Part shown: positions 37,339 through 45,648 of the stretch, one piece after another
How the letters are laid out: the number at the start of each line of letters is the position of its first letter
Numbering within the stretch: the stretch's first letter is position 1
Source: a virus
IMG/VR virus record: IMGVR_UViG_3300044998_001357
Coordinates: 32,001 to 96,000 of that record
DNA: 64,000 nucleotides
Direction: 5' to 3' (one strand)
Translations under genes and position numbers: made by a program
Notes under the pieces: model-generated
The model's database searches: none
What the model saw: the letters and a program-made list of their open reading frames with translations, nothing else
What the model was told of the DNA's origin: nothing

Positions 37339-37407
37339 CAACCTAGCTCTCTTGTGCTTTTAGTGGGCCGGTGTATTTTCTGGTTCTTAGAAGCCAAGGG
37401 AGACACC

Positions 37408-37863
37408 ATGAGCCAAACAGAAAAGCGACCCTATCTCTCCCGGTTTGGTGCGGGGAATATCAGCCCGGTTCAGTGGCTGGCCGAGAGCATGTGCGACCGC
37501 CTGGCTCGCCGGGACAAGGTGACGCTACCCCATCATTTTTGGAATCTGCCACGCTGGGAGAAGCAGTTTGTCTTGCAGACTGTTCACGCAGCCAAGTTAC
37601 TGAAGAGCTACCCCATCGAGTTTATTCTCGCCGCTCTGCGAACCACGCAGGGAAAAACCATCTACAGCCTTGGATTTAGAAGTAAGCTTATTCCCTTAAT
37701 CGAGGAGGAGAAGCGTAAGGATGATTTGATTAAACAAATGGCACAGATAACTAAAGAAGATTATGTTTCTCAAGAGGATGTAAAAGAACTGGCTTCCAAC
37801 GAGGTTGGACGCCCGGGGTTTATTCCCAAGAAAACTCTAATCGGAAAATTGCGAGATGAGTAA
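37408..37863 (+). CDS. Hypothetical protein upstream of recA-like gene
   Basis: GGGAG RBS; upstream GGTGTATT motif. Confidence 0.6.
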   Translation: MSQTEKRPYLSRFGAGNISPVQWLAESMCDRLARRDKVTLPHHFWNLPRWEKQFVLQTVHAAKLLKSYPIEFILAALRTTQGKTIYSLGFRSKLIPLIEEEKRKDDLIKQMAQITKEDYVSQEDVKELASNEVGRPGFIPKKTLIGKLRDE

Positions 37864-38932
37864 AGACTCTTCGATGGATAGTTTTGTCGACCGGATTTAC
37901 GAAGAAGTTGGCAAGGACTTTGGCGAAGGTGTGATGATTAGTGGTCAGGATGCTTTACGTACCCAAGCCCAGGTGATTCCCTGGACGCCATCGCTTGATA
38001 TCATCACCTGCGGTGGAATTGAAGAAGGTTCGTGTGTTGGTATCACAGGAAATCCCAAGACCGGCAAGACCAGTGCCGCGCTATCTTTTTGCGCGAATGC
38101 CCAAAAACCGGAATACGGCTCCCGGCCCATCTACTACGCGAAAATCGAGGGTCGTCTTTCGCTGAAGCACCTGCAGGCCATTCAGGGGCTGAGCCTGGAG
38201 CGAGGGAAATTCAACATCATTCAGAGTGTCGAGGGGCGTATCCTCAGTGCTCAGGATTATTTAAGTATCCTGGAAAAGATTATCAAAACGGTCCCCGGGG
38301 CGGTCGTGATTCTCGACTCCATCTCGGCTCTGTGTGACGAGAAGGAGCAAAACGAGGGGGTTGGCACCGAGACGCGTGGCGGCGGTGCGAAAATCTTCTC
38401 TCAGTGGTGCCGGCTGCTCAATCAGGTGGTGCCCGTCAACCGAACCATCGTGCTCGGCATCACCCACCTGATTAGCAACACCTCGGGGATGGGCGCACAG
38501 TACGTGGAGCGCGCGGCAAGGATGTGGCTCTATCAGAAGGATTACGACCTGCGCACAACCATGAAATCCGCCTGGAAGGCGGGCAATGACCAGGTCGGCT
38601 TTATCATAAAGTGGGTGTGTAACACATCCAAGAATGGTCAGCCGGGCATGACCATTGATAGCTATCTTCGCTTCGGGATTGGTTTTGACCGTCTGTATGA
38701 AATCCAGGTTCTGGGCATGGCCGGCGGATTGATTCGCAAGACGGGTTCCTGGTTGCAGCTATCGTACCTGACTCGCGAGCCTTACCGCCACCTGCTGGAA
38801 ACTCCCGAGGCTCCCAAGTTCCAGGGCGGCGAGAAGCTCTACGAGGCGCTGCTTAAATACCCCCAGTGGGCCAATGCCCTGGAGCGCGAGGTGATGACTC
38901 TGGCCGGCGGTCTTGCCGGGGTGAGCGAATGA
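37856..38932 (+). CDS. recA: RecA/UvsX-like recombinase
   Basis: SLDIITCGGI, Walker A GNPKTGKT, Walker B VILDSISAL, IRKTGSW. Confidence 0.88.
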   Translation: MSKDSSMDSFVDRIYEEVGKDFGEGVMISGQDALRTQAQVIPWTPSLDIITCGGIEEGSCVGITGNPKTGKTSAALSFCANAQKPEYGSRPIYYAKIEGRLSLKHLQAIQGLSLERGKFNIIQSVEGRILSAQDYLSILEKIIKTVPGAVVILDSISALCDEKEQNEGVGTETRGGGAKIFSQWCRLLNQVVPVNRTIVLGITHLISNTSGMGAQYVERAARMWLYQKDYDLRTTMKSAWKAGNDQVGFIIKWVCNTSKNGQPGMTIDSYLRFGIGFDRLYEIQVLGMAGGLIRKTGSWLQLSYLTREPYRHLLETPEAPKFQGGEKLYEALLKYPQWANALEREVMTLAGGLAGVSE

Positions 38933-39354
38933 AAATCACCGGATTAGATGGCCAGGTTTACAACTGGAATCTGTCAGGACACCAGCCCCTGCGTAGCGAA
39001 GAGGTTGGGTCGAGTTACCACACGCGCTGCCGCGAACTTTTGGCAGAGTTGTTCCCCACCGAGAGTCGTCTGGAAGAGCTTCCTCTGCCGGGTAGCGGTG
39101 GTCTGACGGCCGACTTTTTCCTACCCTTGCGGCGCATGATTATTGAGGTTCATGGTCAGCAGCACTATGAATACGTCCAACATTTTCATCACAACCGTCT
39201 AGGTTTTTTAAGGTCCATACAGAGAGACCAGCGAAAACAGCAGTGGTGCGACCTGAACTCGATTCGCTTTGTGGAGCTACCCTGGAATGAGGGGGTCGAG
39301 CAGTGGCGGCTTCGAATTCTTTGCCGGGAGCAGACCGATGGCGGAAACGATTAA
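38929..39354 (+). CDS. Restriction-like (Vsr/DUF559-type) endonuclease
   Basis: ADFFLP..IIEVHGQQHY...RDQRKQQWC. Confidence 0.75.
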   Translation: MKITGLDGQVYNWNLSGHQPLRSEEVGSSYHTRCRELLAELFPTESRLEELPLPGSGGLTADFFLPLRRMIIEVHGQQHYEYVQHFHHNRLGFLRSIQRDQRKQQWCDLNSIRFVELPWNEGVEQWRLRILCREQTDGGND

Positions 39355-39832
39355 AGAGCGACTGGGTCAACTGGACCGCATTCTTGATGACTTTGAGCGA
39401 CCCCTGGGCATTTCCGTGGTCGGCGAGGACGAAATCACCCAAGAAGCGCGTCGGCTCTTGCAGTTACCCCCCGATGCGGTCCGCAAGTTTTCGGCACGGG
39501 ATTGCTGTGTCGCCGCTTACGTTTTGTCGCAGTACACCCACCGGCTGCAGCAGGCCATCAACAGGGAACAGTGCCGGGTGACGTGGGCTGAGAACAGTAT
39601 TCGGCGGTTAATTGCTCCACGAATCAACAACTATCGTGGGTATAGCTTTGAAGAGCGTCGACTTCAGGCGATTTACGACGACGAGGCGGCCCAGGAGTAT
39701 GAGTCGACCCGGGTCAGGTCTCAGCTGCGAATCGATAGAATCAATTATCTTGCTAATAAAACAGATAATATGATTAAATCTTTGTTAAGCATGAAGAATA
39801 TTAAGGGCAATGATACCGATGAGTCCACTTGA
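39338..39832 (+). CDS. Helical protein, possible UvsY-like mediator
   Basis: Coiled-coil composition; lies between recA-like and dnaB (inference). Confidence 0.45.
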   Translation: MAETIKERLGQLDRILDDFERPLGISVVGEDEITQEARRLLQLPPDAVRKFSARDCCVAAYVLSQYTHRLQQAINREQCRVTWAENSIRRLIAPRINNYRGYSFEERRLQAIYDDEAAQEYESTRVRSQLRIDRINYLANKTDNMIKSLLSMKNIKGNDTDEST

Positions 39833-40304
39833 ATTAATCCGAGAAGGAATTTTGTGTCGTGACTGGGAGATGGTCCATCAGGGATACCTCCAGTTTACCG
39901 GTGAGTCCCTGGCGATGCGCGATGCCCCAGAACAATCAGAGGCGTTTTTGAGGCGACATGCCCGGCTGGTTATCGAGGAGTTCTTCAAAACTCCCCTGGT
40001 GGGCGAGTCATTGCCAAAACCGGTGAAGTCTCCCCCACCCCAGACGGAAGCGCAAGCCGCAGGCGGCGGTTGGGTCGATGACGGCACCCTGGCAACGGAG
40101 GATATTCCCCTTAGTCTTGCTTTGTCTAAGGGGAAAAAAACAATCCCTCCTCGAAACCCGGAGCCAAAAGTCGAGGTTCAGTGTTCGCGATGCGGCAAGA
40201 AGGAGTTGGTTGCCCCTATTTTCTGTCCCATCAAATATGAAGATGGTGACAAAAGTAATTACGTCTGTAATAGTTGCATTACCAGAGGAGCTTCCCGTGG
40301 ATGA
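39810..40304 (+). CDS. Hypothetical protein with C-terminal Zn ribbon
   Basis: CSRCG...CNSC. Confidence 0.6.
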   Translation: MIPMSPLELIREGILCRDWEMVHQGYLQFTGESLAMRDAPEQSEAFLRRHARLVIEEFFKTPLVGESLPKPVKSPPPQTEAQAAGGGWVDDGTLATEDIPLSLALSKGKKTIPPRNPEPKVEVQCSRCGKKELVAPIFCPIKYEDGDKSNYVCNSCITRGASRG

Positions 40305-41799
40305 AATGAGGGATTTGGCGTCGGAGCGAGCCGTTCTGGCCGGCGTTTATCAATATGGTGGTTCAGCCTGGCTGGAGGTATCCGACCTGCTTTGTGCGGA
40401 TTCCTTTGTTCTGGAATCAAACCAGCATATCTGGCGATGCTTTCACGAGGTGTTTTTGGACAATCCCTCGGCTACCATTGACCTGCCCACCATCCTGACG
40501 GTTGCCGGCCGGCTGGGCATGAGCGACCGCTTTGAAAAACAGGAAGAAAAAACCTACCTGCGCTCGATTACGAATTTCCCGGTCAAACTCGATAACCTCC
40601 GGGCTTTTGCACGAGTCATCAAGAAGCTGGAAATTGCCCGTGAGGCCCAGCAACGATTGCTGGAGGCTGCCAATGAGGTGAGAAGAATCACCGGGAAGGA
40701 GTCCATTGACCAGATTCTGGGGATTACCGAACAACCTTACCTGAGTCTGGCGGAGAAACTAACCTCGGCGAACTCCGAGGGGCCAGAACCGATGTCTGAG
40801 GGTCTTGGGGATTATGTTGAGCACCTGGCGAATAATCCTCGGGACATGGTTGGTATTCGCTCGGGCTACCGAATGTTCGATGTTGCTATCGGGGGAGGGT
40901 TCCGACCCGGCACCGTTAATGTGATTGGAGCTCGTCCCAAGGTCGGCAAAAGCCTTCTGGCGACCAATATCGCGGCGCGAGTAGCCAGCGGTGCGGGTTA
41001 CGACTGGCCCCGCTTTAACCCGAAGTGCCACATTCCTGTTTTGCAATTAGACACCGAAATGACCAAGCAGGACCAGTGGCACCGACTTCTGGCCCTGGTC
41101 AGCCAGGTGCCCACTGAGGTTATCGAAACGGGCGTGTTTGCTAAAAAAGCCGCTACCAAAAAAGCTATTGATGAAGCTGTTGAAAAGGTGAATCAAATCC
41201 CATACGATTTCCTCAGCATTGCCGGACAGGCATTTGAGGAGACGGTTTCCGTCATTCGTCGCTGGCTGACTAAACGGGTTGGTCTGAATGAAGACGGCAC
41301 AGCGAAACCGTGCCTGGTGATATTTGACTATCTCAAGCTGATGAGCAGCGAGGGGATGCAATCTCAGAATCTCACTGAGTTTCAGCTGATTGGTTTCATG
41401 ATGACACAACTGCACAACCTTGCGGTGCGTTATGGTATTCCGATTCTTACATTTGTTCAATTGAATCGAGAAGGGGTTTCCGTCGAAGACACCACGGTCA
41501 TTGCACAGTCGGACCGAACGATTTGGCTATGTTCCAACTTCTCGATTTACAAGGCAAAAAGCGACGAGGAACTGGTGGAGAACCCCCAGTTCAATCGCAA
41601 GCTGATTCCGATTATTGGTCGTCACGGAGCGGGTCTGCAAAGTGGCGATTACATCAATCTGAATTCTCGCGGTGGTACAGGGACCATTCTTGAAGGACCA
41701 ACCCGTCATCAGTTGCAAAAGGGTGAGTATCAACCCGAAAAGAATCAGGGGTTTGTTATTGATGAAGCACAATCAGACACGCCCCTCTTCGCCGACTAA
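40297..41799 (+). CDS. dnaB: Replicative DnaB-like helicase
   Basis: ERAVLAG, GARPKVGKS, DTEM, FDYLKLM, QLNR; GAGGAG RBS. Confidence 0.93.
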   Translation: MDEMRDLASERAVLAGVYQYGGSAWLEVSDLLCADSFVLESNQHIWRCFHEVFLDNPSATIDLPTILTVAGRLGMSDRFEKQEEKTYLRSITNFPVKLDNLRAFARVIKKLEIAREAQQRLLEAANEVRRITGKESIDQILGITEQPYLSLAEKLTSANSEGPEPMSEGLGDYVEHLANNPRDMVGIRSGYRMFDVAIGGGFRPGTVNVIGARPKVGKSLLATNIAARVASGAGYDWPRFNPKCHIPVLQLDTEMTKQDQWHRLLALVSQVPTEVIETGVFAKKAATKKAIDEAVEKVNQIPYDFLSIAGQAFEETVSVIRRWLTKRVGLNEDGTAKPCLVIFDYLKLMSSEGMQSQNLTEFQLIGFMMTQLHNLAVRYGIPILTFVQLNREGVSVEDTTVIAQSDRTIWLCSNFSIYKAKSDEELVENPQFNRKLIPIIGRHGAGLQSGDYINLNSRGGTGTILEGPTRHQLQKGEYQPEKNQGFVIDEAQSDTPLFAD

Positions 41800-42952
41800 T
41801 CCCTATTTCGATTCTGACCGCCTTAGTGTTCTTCAGCGTCTTTTGTCCTTTCGAATCGACGACCTTCTGCGCGAACTGGGGGTTGACGGCTACAAGACAC
41901 GCAAGTTGTTTATTGGGTGCTGTCCCGTCCATGGCGGAGACAACCCCAGTGCGCTGAATTTGTATCTAGATGGAGAAGTTGCTCCGGGTCTGTGGCGATG
42001 CAATACACGAAAATGCCACGACCACTTCAAGCGGAGTCTCTTGGGTTTTGTACGTGGCGTGTTAAGTCGGCGTCATCACGCCTGGTCACGCCCGGGAGAC
42101 AAGCTGTACGGCTGGAAGGAAACCATCGATTGGTGCTGTCGCTTTCTGGAGTGCGATTATCTGAAGCTGGAGATTAACCGCGAGGAACTGGAAAAACGAC
42201 GTTTTGCCGAGGGGGTGTCTTCCATCACCCGCAATCCCGACCACAATCGGCATCCGGGCTGGTCTCGGCAGGAAGTGCGAAAAACACTGCAGATACCATC
42301 GTCTTACTACCTCCAGCGAGGTTACTCGGCCGAGGTTCTTAACCGCTACGACGTGGGAGATTATCTCCATCCCAACCGGCCCTTATATGGTCGGGCCGTG
42401 GTGCCGGTTTACGAGCAGTCTCACCTTTCGGCCGTTGGTTTTACCGGCCGTTCGCTCTATGAGCAGTGCCCCAACTGTTCGCGCTGGCATTCACCGGATT
42501 CTCCCTGCCCGACCAGGCAAGACCGGGTTCGCTGGGGACAATCGAGCAAGTGGTACAATCACAACCTCAACAAAGACGGTTATCTATATAATTACTGGTT
42601 TGCTCATAAATCGATACGCGAGCTCGGAAGCGCGATTATTGTCGAGGGGCCTGGTGATGTCTGGAGACTGGTCGAGGCCGGGTTGACCAACGTGGTGGGT
42701 CTTTTTGGTTCGGACCTGTCTGACGAGCAGCAGGTATGGCTAGAGATGTCCGGAGCGTTGAATTTGATTATACTAACAGATAACGATATAGCAGGCATGG
42801 AGGCAAAAGCAATGCTTCAAAAACGGTTGTGTCGGTCGTTTCGTCTTCATTTTCCCAGGCTGACTTCTAAGGACGTGGGTGAGATGCCGGTCGAGCGAAT
42901 TCAGAGCGACTTGATGCCTCACATTCAGCCGTTATTGTTGGGACGACCATAG
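41762..42952 (+). CDS. dnaG: DNA primase (DnaG-like)
   Basis: CPVHGGDNPS..C...C Zn domain; GFTGR; Toprim VEGPGD, DNDIAG, KDVGEM. Confidence 0.9.
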   Translation: MKHNQTRPSSPTNPYFDSDRLSVLQRLLSFRIDDLLRELGVDGYKTRKLFIGCCPVHGGDNPSALNLYLDGEVAPGLWRCNTRKCHDHFKRSLLGFVRGVLSRRHHAWSRPGDKLYGWKETIDWCCRFLECDYLKLEINREELEKRRFAEGVSSITRNPDHNRHPGWSRQEVRKTLQIPSSYYLQRGYSAEVLNRYDVGDYLHPNRPLYGRAVVPVYEQSHLSAVGFTGRSLYEQCPNCSRWHSPDSPCPTRQDRVRWGQSSKWYNHNLNKDGYLYNYWFAHKSIRELGSAIIVEGPGDVWRLVEAGLTNVVGLFGSDLSDEQQVWLEMSGALNLIILTDNDIAGMEAKAMLQKRLCRSFRLHFPRLTSKDVGEMPVERIQSDLMPHIQPLLLGRP

Positions 42953-42965
42953 AAGGAGAGACACA

Positions 42966-43466
42966 ATGAAGAAGCTACTAATCGTTGGTCATGGTCGTGC
43001 CGGCAAGGATACTGCGTGTGAGTATCTTTCACAGATTACCTCGTTACGAAATGCGGGCACCACGAGCAAGTACCTGTGCAAGCATGTTGCACAAGCCCTG
43101 GGACTTTCCGAGGAGGAAGCCTATCGTCGTCGCCACGAGAGCAACGAGATGCGTCAGACCTGGTTTAAGATTGGTAATCAGGTGCGCGAAAATAGTCCGA
43201 CCACTTTACTGCGCGAGGCTTTGATGCATGGCGAGATTACCGGTGGGGTTCGCGATATCGCTGAGATTGTCGGTGCGCGAGAGGAGAAGCTGGTTGACCT
43301 GATTATCTGGGTTGAGAATCGTCGTGTGCCGCCAGACCCCACGGTTACCTTTGGGGTAGAAGAATGCGATATTGTGATTCCCAACCACGGTAGCCTGGAC
43401 GAATTTTATTATCGGCTCTGGCGTCTTGCACAGTTCGCCAATCTTCCAGGAGTCAAGCCATTATAA
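42966..43466 (+). CDS. Deoxynucleoside monophosphate kinase-like P-loop protein
   Basis: GHGRAGKDT, GVRD..E, IPNHGSL. Confidence 0.75.
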   Translation: MKKLLIVGHGRAGKDTACEYLSQITSLRNAGTTSKYLCKHVAQALGLSEEEAYRRRHESNEMRQTWFKIGNQVRENSPTTLLREALMHGEITGGVRDIAEIVGAREEKLVDLIIWVENRRVPPDPTVTFGVEECDIVIPNHGSLDEFYYRLWRLAQFANLPGVKPL

Positions 43467-44524
43467 TTACCTTTTTTCGTTCGTCGAGCTTTAATACTTG
43501 GAGCTTTTGTCAGTTCCAATATTACTTAACGTATGTTTTAGGATTGAAGCCAGACAACGAGAACGGCTGGAAAATACCTAGCCCCCAGAAAAAGGCGGAT
43601 AAGGGCTCCATTGTTCACAAGGTTCTAGAACTGCTTGCTTCCAAAAAGTTGGCCCTACAGGAGGGTAAACCAACCTTTGGCAACGACGAGGTCCGAAAGA
43701 CCTGGGACGCCAACTCTTTTGATGTGGAAGACGCCATTGATGTTGCGTGGCATCATTATACCCAGACGCTACCTACTCCTTTTGAGTGGACGCATCTGGA
43801 CTACAAAGATGTCCGCAAGTGGACTTTTGCCGCCATGGAGTTTTCTAATGGACTATTTAACCCCCTGAACCGGACCATTATTCGCCCCGAACAGTACTTC
43901 GATTTTACCATCCGGGAGCCGTGGGCACACTACCGATTCGAAACTCCCAACGGAGAGAAAATCGAGGGTTATCTGGGCCTTAAGGGGGCCATAGACTTGA
44001 CGGTGGCGGTGGATGGCTCTGTGGATACGATAGAGCTCATCGACTGGAAAACGGGCATGCGTAAAGATTGGGCCTCGGGGCAGCCCAAGGACTGGAAGAA
44101 GCTCAGGCGAGACCCACAGCTTCGACTGTATCACTACGCACTATCACGACTGTATCCCGATGTAAAATACATCATTATCACCATTGTCTGGCTCCAGGAC
44201 GGTGGACCGTTCTCGCTCGATTTTGGTCCTCAAGACCTCGTCGAAACCGAAAAGATGATTAGGGAAAGATTCAATCATATCCGGGAGTGCGAGCGACCCA
44301 GGCGTATTCGGCAGGACGCGGTCAACCGGTGGAAGTGCGAACGACTTTGCGTGTTTGGCCTCAATAACTGGCAAAACACCGGTACGGCGGTTTGTGACCA
44401 CATCCACGAGGAGTTGTTACAAATCGGCCTGGATAAGGCAACGCTGAGGTTTGGCAAGAAGGACGCATACCGCTCCTACGGTGGGGGTGGTGGTGTGACT
44501 AACCGAGAAAAAGAGGGTGTCTAA
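43460..44524 (+). CDS. Cas4/RecB-like PD-(D/E)xK exonuclease, ATT start
   Basis: AGGAG 7 nt before ATT; (M)IITFFRSSSFNTWSFCQFQYYLTYVLG, GSIVH, GAIDL, IDWKTG, QLRLY, C-terminal Cys cluster. Confidence 0.85.
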   Translation: MIITFFRSSSFNTWSFCQFQYYLTYVLGLKPDNENGWKIPSPQKKADKGSIVHKVLELLASKKLALQEGKPTFGNDEVRKTWDANSFDVEDAIDVAWHHYTQTLPTPFEWTHLDYKDVRKWTFAAMEFSNGLFNPLNRTIIRPEQYFDFTIREPWAHYRFETPNGEKIEGYLGLKGAIDLTVAVDGSVDTIELIDWKTGMRKDWASGQPKDWKKLRRDPQLRLYHYALSRLYPDVKYIIITIVWLQDGGPFSLDFGPQDLVETEKMIRERFNHIRECERPRRIRQDAVNRWKCERLCVFGLNNWQNTGTAVCDHIHEELLQIGLDKATLRFGKKDAYRSYGGGGGVTNREKEGV

Positions 44525-45174
44525 TGGAACAGGTTCTGGTTATCCCGAGTTCAGAAATTTCGCCGTGGATGTTTTCCAAGCTCGAAAAGGGCATCTCTTC
44601 AGATGTCAACCTGCTGTTTGAGTTTGACGGCATCTTCAACACAAACAAGATGCGGTTTATGAACCGGGATGAGGCCGAGAAAGACGAGAATTACAAACAG
44701 TTGATTCCCTACTGCGTTCTGGCAAACCATGATGGGAAAGTTTTTGCCTATCAGCGCACCAAAAAGGGGGGTGAATCCCGGCTGCATCATCACTGGAGCG
44801 TCGGGATTGGGGGACATATCAATCCCGAGGATGCCGACAGTAACGCTTCGGACTGGTCGTATCGTCGCGGGATGATTCGCGAACTCAAGGAAGAGACCGG
44901 AATTGATTTGATGGCTCTTCCGGCGAATAAGCGGATTCTGTCAGAAATTTGGCGCGCGGTCATCTATGATTCTTCCAATCCGGTGGGGCGGGTTCATCTG
45001 GGTTTTGTTCATCTGGTGTATCTACCTAAGCAGCTAACGATTCAGTCTCCGGACCCGGCCATCGCTAATGGGTGTTGGTTGAGCAAAGAAGAGGTCTTGT
45101 CCGACCTCTCCCGGTTTGAGAACTGGTCACGCCTTATTTTGGAGGGCGACCTCTTATGGACATGGCTTTCTTGA
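44524..45174 (+). CDS. Nudix-family phosphoesterase (COG4112-like)
   Basis: AEKDENYKQLIPY, SVGIGGHIN, RELKEE, VGRVHLG, ENWS. Confidence 0.85.
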   Translation: MEQVLVIPSSEISPWMFSKLEKGISSDVNLLFEFDGIFNTNKMRFMNRDEAEKDENYKQLIPYCVLANHDGKVFAYQRTKKGGESRLHHHWSVGIGGHINPEDADSNASDWSYRRGMIRELKEETGIDLMALPANKRILSEIWRAVIYDSSNPVGRVHLGFVHLVYLPKQLTIQSPDPAIANGCWLSKEEVLSDLSRFENWSRLILEGDLLWTWLS

Positions 45175-45350
45175 CGAAGTTGGTTCTTATCGTCACGATT
45201 GTTCTGCTGATTCTTTACAATCTAGTGGTATTGTATATCGCAGGACCAGATGCCACAATCAGTCGAGTAGCTTACCAAGCTGCACAGGAAAATCCTTTTC
45301 TTGTTTTTGCTCTTGGGTTCATTCTTGGTCACATCTTATGGCCACTGTAA
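45156..45350 (+). CDS. Small two-TM membrane protein
   Basis: GGAGG RBS; hydrophobic; ends GHILWPL. Confidence 0.6.
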   Translation: MDMAFLTKLVLIVTIVLLILYNLVVLYIAGPDATISRVAYQAAQENPFLVFALGFILGHILWPL

Positions 45351-45403
45351 ACTGGGCATAGCCCTGGCGGTAATGCCAGGGTTCTCCAGGTGCCCTGATT
45401 TCA

Positions 45404-45472
45404 CGGGGACGGACCGGAGTCCAGCAGAGTCTTCTAAACTCAGCATGCGGGGTTCGACACCCCGGTTCCCGG
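45404..45472 (+). tRNA. Atypical tRNA-Arg(UCU), 69 nt, short D-arm, no encoded CCA
   Basis: Acceptor CGGGGAC/GTTCCCG; anticodon GAGT-CTTCTAA-ACTC; T-arm CGGGG-TTCGACA-CCCCG. Confidence 0.7.
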
Positions 45473-45648
45473 CTGCCGATGCAAACGGTACGCATGAACG
45501 TGGTAGTTAGCGGTCGTTCCACGCGAGAACTCGGGCTGATACCCCAGCAGATTCGGGACGCCCTGAGGATTCGCCTGTTTCAAAGTACCACGCTCTAGAC
45601 AGCGACCAATCCCATGATACCCTCCTGGCACCAATAGGAGGTAGTTTG

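Noticed and set aside
45428-45440. Reading the tRNA as an amber (CUA) suppressor or tRNA-Pyl
   Set aside because: The stem GAGT/ACTC defines the 7-nt loop CTTCTAA with TCT centred; a CTA-centred loop does not pair.
45472-45530. Theta/HDV-like ribozyme at the tRNA 3' end
   Set aside because: A 7-bp P1-like pairing (45472-78 with 45501-07) exists, but no P3/L3 UCC element in the required position.
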